From positions 186,001-250,000 of the forward strand of contig NIVC01001304.1 of NCBI GenBank assembly GCA_002269645.1: 64,000 nt of DNA, written 5' to 3'. Every line of letters starts with the position of its first letter. The stretch's first letter is position 1. Positions 10,750-22,749 of the stretch are shown here, in pieces. The DNA comes from Macrostomum lignano (Eukaryota). The notes beneath the pieces were generated by a model, which searched no databases, was not told where the DNA came from, and saw nothing but the letters and a program-made list of their open reading frames with translations. The position numbers and the translations under genes are program-made.

Positions 10750-13485
10750 CCAGGCACTCCCTGGCCCCCGCTGCCTTCCACTCCAGCTCACTCTGTCAGG
10801 GACTCTCTGGCCCCCGCTGCCTTCCACTCCAGCTCACTCTGTCAGGGACTCTCTGGCCCCCGCTGCCTTCCACTCCAGCTCACTCTGTCAGGGACTCTCT
10901 GGCCCCCGCTGCCTTCCACTCCAGCTCACTCTGTCAGGGACTCTCTGGCCCCCGCTGCCTTCCACTCCAGCTCACTCTGTCAGGGACTCTCTGGCCCCCG
11001 CTGCCTTCCACTCCAGCTCACTCTGTCAGGGACTCCCTGGCCCCCGCTGCCTTCCACTCCAGGTCACTCTGTCAAGGACTACCTGGCCCTGCTGCCTTCC
11101 ACTCCAGCTCACTCTGTCAGGGACTCTCTGGCCCCCGCTGCCTTCCACTCCAGCTCACTCTGTCAGGGACTCCCTGGCCCCCGCTGCCTTCCACTCCAGC
11201 TCACTCTGTCAGGGACTCTCTGGCCCCCGCTGCCTTCCACTCCAGCTCACTCTGTCAGGGACTCTCTGGCCCCCGCTGCCTTCCACTCCAGCTCACTCTG
11301 TCAGGGACTCTCTGGCCCCCGCTGCCTTCCACTCCAGCTCACTCTGTCAGGGACTCTCTGGCCCCCGCTGCCTTCCACTCCAGCTCACTCTGTCAGGGAC
11401 TCCCTGGCCCCCGCTGCCTTCCACTCCAGGTCACTCTGTCAAGGACTACCTGGCCCTGCTGCCTTCCACTCCAGGTCACTCTGTCAGGGACTCTCTGGCC
11501 CCCGCTGCCTTCCACTCCAGCTCACTCTGTCAGGGACTCTCTGGCCCCCGCTGCCTTCCACTCCAGCTCACTCTGTTAGGGACTCTCTGGCCCCCGCTGC
11601 CTTCCACTCCAGCTCACTCTGTCAGGGACTCTCTGGCCCCCGCTGCCTTCCACTCCAGCTCACTCTGTCAGGGACTCTCTGGCCCCCGCTGCCTTCCACT
11701 CCAGCTCACTCTGTCAGGGACTCCCTGGCCCCCGCTGCCTTCCACTCCAGGTCACTCTGTCAAGGACTACCTGGCCCTGCTGCCTTCCACTCCAGGTCAC
11801 TCTGTCAGGGACTCTCTGGCCCCCGCTGCCTTCCACTCCAGCTCACTCTGTCAGGGACTCTCTGGCCCCCGCTGCCTTCCACTCCAGCTCACTCTGTCAG
11901 GGACTCTCTGGCCCCCGCTGCCTTCCACTCCAGCTCACTCTGTCAGGGACTCTCTGGCCCCCGCTGCCTTCCACTCCAGCCCACTCTGTCAGGGACTCCC
12001 TGGCCCCCGCTGCCTTCCACTCCAGCTCACTCTGTCAAGGACTACCTGGCCCTGCTGCCTTCCACTCCAGCTCACTCTGTCAAGGACTACCTGGCCCCCG
12101 CTGCCTTCCACTCCAGGTCACTCTGTCAGGGACTCCCTGGCCCCCGCTGTCTTCCACTCCAGGTCACTCTGTCAAGGACTACCTGGCCCCCGCTGCCTTC
12201 CACTCCAGGTCACTCTGTCAAGGACTACCTGGCCCCGCTGCCTTCCACTCCAGCTCACTCTGTCAGGGACTCTCTAGCCCCCGCTGCCTTCCACTCCAGC
12301 TCACTCTGTCAGGCACTCCCTGGCCCCCGCTGCCTTCGACTCCAGCCCACTCTGTCAGGGACTCCCTGGCCCCCGCTGCCTTCCACTCCAGCTCACTCTG
12401 TCAGGGACTCCCTGGCCCCCGCTGCCTTCGACTCCAGCCCACTCTGTCAGGGACTCTCTGGCCCCCGCTGCCTTCCACTCCAGGTCACTCTGTCAGGGAC
12501 TCCCTGGCCCCCGCTGCCTTCCACTCCAGCTCACTCTGTCAAGGACTACCTGGCCCCGCTGCCTTCCACTCCAGGTCACTCTGTCAAGGACTACCTGGCC
12601 CCCGCTGCCTTCCACTCCAGCTCACTCTGTCAGGGACTCCCTGGCCCCCGCTGCCTTCCACTCCAGCTCACTCTGTCAGGGACTCCCTGGCCCCCGCTGT
12701 CTTCCACTCCAGGTCACTCTGTCAGGGACTCTCTAGCCCCCGCTGCCTTCCACTCCAGCTCACTCTGTCAGGGACTCCCTGGCCCCCGCTGCCTTCCACT
12801 CCAGCTCACTCTGTCAGGGACTCCCTGGCCCCCGCTGCCTTCCACTCCAGCTCACTCTGTCAGGGACTCCCTGGCCAACGCTGCCTTCCACTCCAGGTCA
12901 CTCTGTCAGGGACTCCCTGGCCCCCGCTGCCTTCCACTCCAGCTCACTCTGTCAGGGACTCCCTGGCCCCCGCTGCCTTCCACTCCAGCTCACTCTGTCA
13001 GGGACTCCCTGGCCCCCGCTGTCTTCCACTCCAGGTCACTCTGTCAGGGACTCTCTAGCCCCCGCTGCCTTCCACTCCAGCTCACTCTGTCAGGGACTCC
13101 CTGGCCCCCGCTGCCTTCCACTCCAGCTCACTCTGTCAGGGACTCCCTGGCCCCCGCTGCCTTCCACTCCAGCTCACTCTGTCAGGGACTCCCTGGCCAA
13201 CGCTGCCTTCCACTCCAGGTCACTCTGTCAGGGACTCCCTGGCCCCCGCTGCCTTCCACTCCAGCTCACTCTGTCAGGGACTCCCTGGCCAACGCTGCCT
13301 TCCACTCCAGGTCACTCTGTCAGGCACTCCCTAGCCCCCGCTGCCTTCCACTCCAGCTCACTCTGTCAGGGACTCTCTGGCCACCGCTGCCTTCCACTGC
13401 AGGTCACTCTGTCAAGGACTACCTGGCCCCTGGCCCCGGCTGCCTTCCACTCCAGCTCACTCTGTCAGGGACTCCCTGGCCAACG
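10750..13485. repeat. 46-bp minisatellite (GACTCTCTGGCCCCCGCTGCCTTCCACTCCAGCTCACTCTGTCAGG), ~59 copies
   Basis: Period 46 measured at 10801/10847; recurring variant units (CAAGGACTACCTGG). Confidence 0.97.
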
Positions 13486-14379
13486 CAAGAAACTGCGAAC
13501 CCATAAAAGTTGCCCTTGAACGAGCAGTTCCGCAGAGCCTATCAATTCATCAGCGCAGTCCATTATCCGGACACCGCTGTCTTCAACATGAGGGACTCAG
13601 CAATTCCCCAGCGGCTCAGGGATCGCCTGCAGCCAGGCGGTCTCAGAATCAATCAATAATTAATGGGCGAAGCGGCCGCAGTGGATCGCCAAATAATGCC
13701 CAGAATGCGAGCTATTTGCCATAAAAGTAGAAACTAAAAGAATGACGAGACGGAGTTTTGTTTTCTTCACTCAAGTTTCACGAATCACCTGAGCGACTCG
13801 GCTTGGTGCAACTCTGTGTTTATTTTGATGAGATGGTCGCTTTGGCCCGGAATTGAAAACCCAGATTTAAAAATATTTGTTTGGGCTTTATTAAGCTGTG
13901 GAATACCATACTACTTAGTGCAGCTGCTGAGCAGTAGTAAGCTAATTATCAATATAATAACTATTAAAAAGAAGACACTTTGAATTCAGTAGCGCGTTGG
14001 CACCAAACGATTTGAACTTTAAAGAAAAATTAAAGCAATACTACGAGCGTAATTGCCTCCTACTTAGTCAAAGTAGCAAGTAGAGCATATTGCGAAAAAT
14101 ATTTAGGAAAAATTAAGTAAATAAGATGATAAATAAGTATGCAAAAACCACTGTAACAAAACTGCAAAAGAGACACAAGACAATTAAAAGCTGGTTTTGC
14201 GGTCCAAAATGGAGGGTAATGTTGGAAACAATAACTGCGTCAACTCCCGTCTCGAAACCGCCAGTAGCTGGGCGGCAAACCCGATTGGCTGGTAAAAATG
14301 AACAATAAAATTGGAGAAATGCTGACAGCTGCTCGCAACTGGAGCTTTAGCCTGCGGCTTTCGCGCCTGGAGTTTCAGA

Positions 14380-15630
14380 GCGATTCTCTGGGGGTATGAG
14401 GGCGATTCTCTGGGGGTGTGAGGGCGATTCTCTGGGGGTGTGAGGGCGATTCTCTGAGGGTGTGAGGGCGATTCTCGATTCTCTGGGGGTGTGAGGGCGA
14501 TTCTCTGGGGGTGTGAGGGCGATTCTCTGAGGGTGTGAGGGCGATTCTCAGAGGGTGTGAGGGCGATTCTCTGGGGGTGTGAGGGCGATTCTCAGAGGGT
14601 GTGAGGGCGACTCTGAGGGTGCGAGGGCGACTCTGAGGGTGTGAGGGCGACTCTGAGGGTGCGAGGGCGACTCTGAGGGTGTGAGGGCGACTTTGAGGGT
14701 GTGAGGGCGACTCTGAGGGTGTGAGGGCGACTTTGAGGGTGTGAGGGCGACTCTGAGGGTGTGAGGGCGACTCTGAGGGTGCGAGGGCGACTCTGAGGGT
14801 GTGAGGGCGACTTTGAGGGTGTGAGGGCGACTCTGAGGGTGTGAGGGCGACTTTGAGGGTGTGAGGGCGACTCTGAGGGTGTGAGGGCGACTTTGAGGGT
14901 GTGAGGGCGACTCTGAGGGTGTGAGGGCGACTTTGAGGGTGTGAGGGCGACTCTGAGGGTGTGAGGGCGACTCTGAGGGTGTAAGGGCGACTCTGAGGGT
15001 GTGAGGGCGATTCTCAGAGGGTGTGAGGGCGATTCTCTGGGGGTGTGAGGGCGATTCTCTGGGGGTGTGAGGGCGATTCTCTGAGGGTGTGAGGGCGATT
15101 CTCAGAGGGTGTGAGGGCGATTCTCTGGGGGTGTGAGGGCGATTCTCTGAGGGTGTGAGGGCGATTCTCTGGGGGTGTGAGGGCGATTCTCTGAGGGTGT
15201 GAGGGCGATTCTCAGAGGGTGTGAGGGCGACTCTGAGGGTGCGAGGGCGACTTTGAGGGTGTGAGGGCGACTCTGAGGGTGCGAGGGCGACTCTGAGGGT
15301 GTGAGGGCGACTTTGAGGGTGTGAGGGCGACTCTGAGGGTGTGAGGGCGACTCTGAGGGTGTGAGGGCGACTTTGAGGGTGTGAGGGCGACTCTGAGGGT
15401 GTGAGGGCGACTTTGAGGGTGTGAGGGCGACTCTGAGGGTGTGAGGGCGACTTTGAGGGTGTGAGGGCGACTCTGAGGGTGTGAGGGCGACTTTGAGGGT
15501 GTGAGGGCGACTCTGAGGGTGTGAGGGCGACTCTGAGGGTGTAAGGGCGACTCTGAGGGTGTGAGGGCGATTCTCAGAGGGTGTGAGGGCGATTCTCTGA
15601 GGGTGTGAGGGCGACTCTGAGGGTGTGAGG
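14380..15630. repeat. 20/22-bp minisatellite (GAGGGTGTGAGGGCGACTCT / ...GATTCTCT) with higher-order blocks
   Basis: Alternating blocks of 22-bp and 20-bp units; the block order is repeated twice. Confidence 0.95.
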
Positions 15631-16157
15631 GCAATTCTAATAGAAATCTCAAAGTTTCTGGAGCGATTGCAAAAACCGGCCACTTCAAAGAGAACTTACA
15701 AAACACTTACAGTACAGAATTAACAAGGAAATGTTAGACAAAAAGCTACATAATCATGATTACTAACAGTAGAAGTAGGTCGGTAGCACAGTGGAATATT
15801 GAAACAAAAAACAAGATAATAAAATAGCTAAAATAAGAAGCTGCTAAACAAGAGCTGGAAAAGCCAACAAGGGTATTGCTTAAAATGTATGAACAAGAGC
15901 AATGAATGCATGGAAAGAAACTATTCATAAGCAGAACAGCTATCAATAATGTTCGTATCGAATCAATAACAAACAGAGCTACTTGAAATTTCGAAATTCA
16001 ACGAAGATTCCGTGTGATAAAGAAAACAACCAGAGCAAATAGAAACTTTAACAAAACCCTTCTACTTCGTCAGTTCAATCAGTTTGGACACAATCCGTCA
16101 ATAGCCAGACTACTGTAAGTAGCCAGTAGATCGGCAACCTGAATGAACAGCCGCAGC

Positions 16158-19100
16158 TCAACTGGCCCAGCCCTGCTGCAGTAGCAGGCGAGTCTTCAGC
16201 GCCGGCCCAGCCGAGCTGTCCATCAGGCGGCTCTGCGAGTCCGTCAGGCAGGCCAGGCTGAGGCCGCCAGCGCCGCCGCCGCCGCCTCCGCCGGGTGTCG
16301 CCACTGACGGCGGGAGATCCGGCAGCTGGCGGCGCGGTGGTGGCGGCAGCGGCCGCTGAGGCGCAGTCGGACCGGAAGCGGCACCGGAAGCGGCGCCGGA
16401 AGCGGCACCGGAAGCGGCACCGGAAGCGGAGCCGGAAGTGGCACCGGAAGCGGAGCCGGAAGTGGCACCGGAAGCGGCGCCGGATCGGGAAGGCAGAGCG
16501 GGCGTGTCGTAGCAGGGCGCGGTGGCCAGGATGAGCTGCTTGATCCAGGCGCCCAGGCGGGTCTTGTCGGTCACGTCCAGCAGCAGCCAGTCGCGGTCGT
16601 CGGCCTCCGAGTAGAGCCGCAGGGCGCTGCGCCGCTTCCGGTCGTCCCTCAGAGGGCCGATGCGCAGCTGGGCGAGCGGCAGGCGGAACTCGCAGCTGCC
16701 GTCCGGCTCGGCCAGCTGCACGCAGGAGCTCGGCAGCAGCTGGGCGAAGCGGCGGCACCAGTGTCCGACAGCCGGCTGCTGGCCGGAGGCGGCCGTGACG
16801 GATGGCAGCGCGGCCGGCAGGAGCTTCGCAAACACCAGGCCGGACACGAGCGCGTCCGGGGAGGCCAACGGCGGGCCCTGGGAGGCCGATGACTTGTCAC
16901 CGGAACCGCCGCCGCTGCCAGCGCCGAAGGAGCCGCGGAAGCGACGAATCAGGCCCTCGCCTGGGGACTTGGAGGACTTGGCCGGCTCGCCTGGAATGGT
17001 TCGTTGTCGGACAGCGGCTTGTTGCTAGGCAGCGATTTGCTACTATAAGCTAAAAGTACAGCAATTCACTAACGCAGTTTGCGCTGCCCTCGGCTATATT
17101 TAAACTAAAAGATTATCTACTCCCGCAAAACTCCTATTTGGCATGTTGAATATATCTATTCTCCAAGAGAGTGGCCTCTAGTCTCACAGGCTTATCTGCA
17201 GTATCACAGGCTAATCTCTAGTCTCACAGGCTTATCTCTAGTCTCACAGGTTGATCTCTAGTCTTACAGGCTAATCTCTAGTCTTACAGGCTAATCTCAC
17301 AAGCTGATCTCTAGCCACATGCTGATCTCTACCTAGTCACACAGGCTGATCTCTAGTCTCACACTGATCGCTGGCTTTACAGACTAGTCTATTGTAGTGA
17401 TCCGCTAGTTTAGCGTTAGGCGTCGCACTATGTCAGCAGTCTCCCTTGCCCTCGCCCTCGTCCTGGGTCGCTGTCTGCCGCTCGTCAGCTTCCCGCCTCC
17501 CTTTGTCTGCCTGTTTGCTGTTCCCTTTTCCCCTTTTGCCCGTTTCCTGCGCCTCTGTTCTCAGCCCTCAGCTTCTCTGCTGTGGTCTGCTCTTGGTTCG
17601 TTCCTGTCCCTCTTGCTTTCTTGGAGTCCTAAAGTGCACTGTAAACATGTTTACTGCACTCGCTGGTCCTGTTTACTGGGAGAATCACGTGCTTCTGGGC
17701 CCTTGCCTTCTCTAAGGTAAAGGGTAACTCACGTTTCTAAAAGTAGATACTGAGTCATGCGGCCCTGTGCACTTTGCCCGCAGACCCTGCCTTCTCTAAG
17801 GCGGAGGGTGACGTCAGTTCTAAAAATAGACACTGAGTCACAGCTTGGCGCACTCTGCCCGAAGACCCAAGTGACGTCAGTTCTAAAAATAGAACAAGTC
17901 ACGAGGTCTTGTGCGCTCTTGGGCAGAGGAGAATCCCGCGCTATAAATAGGACCCCCTCCCCCTTGTTTCCGTCAGGGAGTTTCTGGTCCGCTAGTTTCG
18001 GAGAGTCTTGATTCCAGTACTAAGTTTCTGTTTCAAGTCTTCCAAGACTTAGTCTTCTGCGAGTCTGAGATTGAACGCCCGTTCTCTGTCTGCATACATT
18101 GAGTTCTCTGCTATTGGTCTGACTGAGACCCTCTAAAGCCAACCCCGAACCTACGATAGGCTAACACAGCCCTCCCATCCGCCAACCAAGCCCGGCAGGT
18201 ACTGCTGACGTTGAGCTGCAAATCTGCATGTTGTGCTGAGTTCGCTGACTTCGTTATTTCGTTCCAACGGGAAGCTCACCTCACCGAAGGCCGAGACCTG
18301 AAGGAACTGGTGGCAGCACTACCTACGCTACTAAGAGCTAAGAAGGCTTCCGACAGAAGAGGCTCGAGACTTAAGGTAAAGCTTAAGTGCCTAAACCCGG
18401 AAGCAAACAGCGATCTACTTCACTATCCTCTATAACTGCTCGATAGTTTCACACAGAAACGCAAAAATAGACTCAGAGCTCACCAGCAGCACCAGACGCG
18501 GCGGAGGCGGCAGCGTGATGCACCGGGCTAGTCTCCGGCGAGAAGGACAACGACGAGGACAGCGAAGGCGGCAGGGAGCCGCGCCGGTGGTGGTCGATGC
18601 CCGCAGCCGGTGACTGCGACTCGGGGCCGCCGTTCGCAGCAACCCCGCCGCCGCCGCCACCACCGCTGTAGGAATCGTTGGAGTTTGAAGTGCTGGACGA
18701 TGAACTGCAGCGAAATGCGGCCCAGGCGGGCGAGAATGAAGCGGCGGCCGCGCTGACGGAGTTGGTCGGCGGGTGTCCGCCGCAGCCGCCGGTGCCGCAT
18801 GCAGCATTCAGGGCGGCAATCCAAACGCAAGCCTCCGCTTCGGAATCGGCGGCCAGAGCGTGCATTGGCAGGCTGGCGTGGGCCAGCTTGATCACGTGAC
18901 AGATGCCGGACTCGCGGTCCGAGTAGATGGCGGAGTAGCCGGCCAGCTGCAGGGTTTGGATTGGCCGCTGCTGATGGCGGCAGCACAGGAGGCGGCTGCC
19001 CTGCAGAGTGCAGTGGCCGAAGCGGACCCAGCGGCCCGAGTCTGACTGGCGCAGCTGCAGCGGCCCGCTCACGGCGGCTGCCGACGCCGACGCTGCCGAA

Positions 19101-22056
19101 GCCGCAGACGGCGCCACCCAGGACTCGGCAAAGGCGGCCGAGGCTGGCCAGCCGGCTACGGACTGGCGGCGACGCGAGTTGACGGCGAGCTTCGAGGGCA
19201 GGCTGGGAACAGGGAGATGGGGATTTCAGAAATGGGATTGAGGTAGACTGAAAGCCAACGAATTTCGAGACCCCCCAGCCCTAGATATTCAGTGCTGTGG
19301 CGAGCCAATTGAACTTTATGAACTCTAGCGGTAGTTCGAGTCCTTATGTCTGGTATCGATGGTACGAATTGAATCGAATTTATGCAGCTGGATGATCGGA
19401 GCGATGCATCCGGGAGGTCCTGCTCAGAATTGAAGTACCTACTTTAGGTTTCCAGTGGATATACTCGTAGTTGGATTAAATGTGGATTTTTGTGTCAATT
19501 TAATGCTCATTAACTTTCAGCGAAAGAATGGCTCAGAATTTCCTAACTTGTGTGTTTTTGTCAATCTCAGAAAGCAGTCAGAAGATGCCAGATTCTATCA
19601 AATATCCAATGGTACCATTTTCATCGGGTTAGTGATTTCAGCATGGCATAGGAAATAAAGCGGCATTGGTGTTCGAAACCTCAATATATTCCGCCAAGCA
19701 AGGGCTATAGCTGTATACACAGTCCAGGACATAATCTGGTACACTATAATAGCAGAGTAAGCGCTGGGCAGCTTAAACACAAAAAGAGCAACCGCGACAG
19801 AGAACCGCGGATGACTCACTTATCCCTACCCCTCCCCTGTCCCGTCTCACAGCCCACAGTAACGCAGAATTGAAGTCCCCTGAGTTGAGCTGCCTTCTTT
19901 GCTCTGCAGCGCCTGACCAGTCAGCCAAGTCAAGGCGATCTTACCTGCTTGCTCTGGTTACTGGTCAGAATTTTTTTTACAAATTTTTCACTGGTGTAAA
20001 GGAAAACATTGTTCAATATCTCAACGGCATCAGCAACTAAAATACCGTTTTTACAAAGCAATAAAGTTGTTAGCAGAGATTTAAACAGATTAATAAAGAC
20101 TCTGTTTTGTTTAAATTCACTCGGGCACAGAAGCAATGTCATCGGTGATCCAGCTGCCCCAAAATACCATCAGCCGTGGATTCTTCAAACGTTATTGAAT
20201 CATCAATGAAATTCAAGCTGAAATTCTGTGCCTGCTCGATAGCGTGAGCTATTAGAGGGGATTTGGCTGTTGCTGGGTGGCTTAGTGGATGAGTTGCCAC
20301 TCTAGACTTGCAGACTCATGTCGCATTGGCTGGCTGTGGCGGAGTCATTCAACAAACTGCCAACTTCACCCCCCCCCCGCAGAGCCACGTCGACCAGCTG
20401 GAAGCGCAGGCCAGCAACGCTTAGCATGAGTCAGCCAGCACACAATTCCGGGTGCGGGAAATTTATCCCCTCTGCCTACCCCACACAAGGACCCTCAGCG
20501 TTTTTCCCAATATAGGAAGAAATAATAGCGGCGATAAAGGAGCGCTTACGCGATAGGATTGGACCTGGACGGACTCCACGGCTCCTCGTAGTCTGGAATG
20601 CGATGTTGGGATAAAAGTGCAAATTGTAAGGCTTTTTTTGGAACAAAAATTCGAGAAGCGGCACAACTTACCGACTTCGTCACGGTTGGCTGCCTCAGAG
20701 GGAGGCGGCGAGCTGCAGTTGTTGGCGCTGAAATGCAGAAACCGGAATCTACTCTGCTATTCGGTTCTAGAAATCTGCTAGTCTGAGCAAACAGCCAGTT
20801 CAAGTACTCAATGTACTTACATAGAGAACATCTGCGGAGGCAAAGACATTCTGACTCGGGCGTCTAGAAAATTAATTGAACAGTTAAAAACAGATGTAAA
20901 TTCGTAATGACACTTTTTCAAGCGGGAAGGGAAGAGCGGGAGAAGGGGAAGAGAAGATCGGGAGAAGGGGAAGAGAAGGGGAAGAGAAGGGCGGGAGAAG
21001 GGGAAGAGAAGATCGGGAGAAGGGGAAGAGAAGATCGGGCGAAGGGGATGAGAAGAGCGGGAGAAGGGGAAGAGAAGGGGAAGAGAAGGGCGGGAGAAGG
21101 GGAAGAGAAGGGGAAGAGAAGGGCGGGAGAAGGGGAAGAGAAGATCGGGAGAAGGGGAAGAGAAGGGGAAGAGAAGGGCGGGAGAAGGGGATGAGAAGAG
21201 CGGGAGAAGGGTAAGAGAAGATCGGGAGAAGGGGAAGAGAAGGGGAAGAGAAGGGCGGGAGAAGGGGAAGAGAAGGGCGGGAGAAGGGGAAGAGAAGATC
21301 GGGAGAAGGGGAAGAGAAGGGCGGGAGAAGGGGATGAGAAGAGCGGGAGAAGGGTAAGAGAAGATCGGGAGAAGGGGAAGAGAAGGGGAAGAGAAGGGCG
21401 GGAGAAGGGGAAGAGAAGGGCGGGAGAAGGGGAAGAGAAGATCGGGAGAAGGGGAAGAGAAGATCGGGCGAAGGGGATGAGAGGAGCGGGAGAAGGGGAA
21501 GAGAAGGGCAGGAGAAGGGGAAGAGAAGAGCTGGAGTAGGGGAAGAGCTAGAGAAGAGGAAGAGAAGAGCGGGAGACCTCTATCTCTATCCCTCCTTATA
21601 AATAATAAAGGAGGGATAGAACAGAGGGTAAAGGCAGAGAAAATTAATACGCAGGTGTTCCAGGTCACCTCGCTGCGCGGTAGTGGCGGCCTTCTTGTCG
21701 CGCCTGGTCACAGCGGCAGCGGCAGCGACTGCGGAGGCCCCAGACGGCGGCGACCGCGCCTGCCGATCAGTAGCCGCCGGCATCGGCTGCACTTTGCCCA
21801 GCAGACGGGGCGGCTCGGCCAAACTCTCGGCGGGGCACCGGCCGAGGCAGCAGCAGCGCCGGCCGGCTCCCCCAGGCTCCTGGAGCTCCATCGCGGTCAG
21901 GCGGTCCAGCAAGCTTCGCTGGGCGAGCCGTGACCTGTCGGAGAGTGGCTCACTGGCCAGGTCGTGGCGGAGGAACTGCATCAGGCTGACCAGAAGGTCG
22001 TCGCGGGGGCAGCGGTTGGAGCAGCCGCAGTGGCCGGCTGTCTGCTGCTGCGCCAT
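16158..22056 (-). CDS. Two-PH-domain adaptor with AFAP1/SKAP-like N-terminal helical region; exons ~22056-21647, 19202-18484, ~17024-16158 (joins not fully resolved)
   Basis: PH1: VSGPLQLRQSDSGRWVRFGHCTLQGSRLL...ALAADSEAEACVWIAALNAA. PH2: LVSGLVFAK...HWCRRFAQLLPSSCV...FRLPLAQL...WLLLDVTDKTRLGAWIKQLILA, followed by CYDTP. N-terminal exon DDLLVSLMQFLRHDLASEPLSDRSRLAQRSLLDRL. The obvious splice sites are not phase-matched, so small exons or other acceptors are probably missed. Confidence 0.65.
16372..16482 (-). repeat. 12-bp coding repeat (ASGA/TSGS)n in the PH2 exon
   Basis: CCGGAAGCGGCA-type units, in frame within ORF 16158-16868. Confidence 0.8.
17175..17360. repeat. Degenerate 20-bp minisatellite (CTCTAGTCTCACAGGCTTAT)
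   Basis: About 8 imperfect units in the intron next to the LTR-like element. Confidence 0.8.
17393..18422 (+). mobile_element. Putative solo LTR (Ty3/gypsy-like), antisense within the PH-gene intron
   Basis: Starts TGTAGTGATC and ends GATCTACTTCA (imperfect inverted ends, TG...CA); flanked by 4-bp CTAT on both sides; internal repeated enhancer-like module and CTATAAATAG TATA-like box at 17941. No gag/pol seen. Confidence 0.45.
17737..17950 (+). promoter_or_regulatory. Clustered CRE (TGACGTCA 17809, 17872), MEF2-consensus (CTAAAAATAG 17820, 17883; CTATAAATAG 17941) and AP-1 (TGAGTCA 17751, 17834) motifs
   Basis: Exact matches to established consensus motifs, arranged as a repeated module. 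Function not demonstrated. Confidence 0.5.
20925..21570. repeat. Purine-rich ~22-bp minisatellite (GGGAGAAGGGGAAGAGAAG[ATC/GGC])
   Basis: Polypurine/polypyrimidine tandem array, C/T-rich on the sense strand of the minus gene. Confidence 0.93.
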
Positions 22057-22154
22057 CGATGCGCTCTGGAATTCCCGGGTGGCTGGTGGCAGCTGCTGCA
22101 GAGGCGGGCGAATGCCAGGAACTGCTGGCGAGCATGAATTCGTGAACAGGAGAT

Positions 22155-22415
22155 TGTGTGACCCTGCCCTCCACCTGTGTGATCCTGCTCTCCACCTGTG
22201 TGACCCTGCTCTCTACCTGAGTGACCCTGATCTCCACCTGTGTGACCCTGCTCTCCACCTGTGTGTCCCTGCTCTCCACCTGTGTGACCCTGCTCTCTAT
22301 CTGAGTGACCCTGCTCTCCACCTGTGTGACCCTGCTCTCTATCTGAGTGACCCTGCTCTCTACCTGAGTGACCCTGATCTCCACCTGTGTGACCCTGATC
22401 TCCACCTGTGTGACC
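22155..22415. repeat. 21-bp minisatellite (CTGTGTGACCCTGCTCTCCAC)
   Basis: About 12 units between the AGA 3' end and the first exon of the PH gene. Confidence 0.93.
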
Positions 22416-22749
22416 CCGAACTGTGTGATGGAAATTCGAAACTATTTTATTTTCTGCCATTTATACTATTTGATAACGGGATAACTAAATGTATTAGCCT
22501 TAAAACATTACAAAAATTAACAAGAGACATTCAAAAATATTTTTACAAAATAAATAGAAAATCATTTATTGTTGAACCCCCACAATGAGACAGTAGTCTT
22601 AGGTGCGATAGAAGACAACAGGGCATCAAATACGAGCTATCAATCATATTACAGCGCATTATTAAATCCGAATGATAAGAATCGAAGTATTGGTAAATAT
22701 TTTTGCGTCAATCGAAAGACTCGGCTTAACAAAAAATAGCTGCCACTGC

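Noticed and set aside
20260-20330. A-box-like TGGCTTAGTGG (possible SINE head)
   Set aside because: No B box at a suitable distance.
20817-21668. 283-aa Pro/Leu/Phe/Ser ORF
   Set aside because: Derived from the polypyrimidine minisatellite in an intron.
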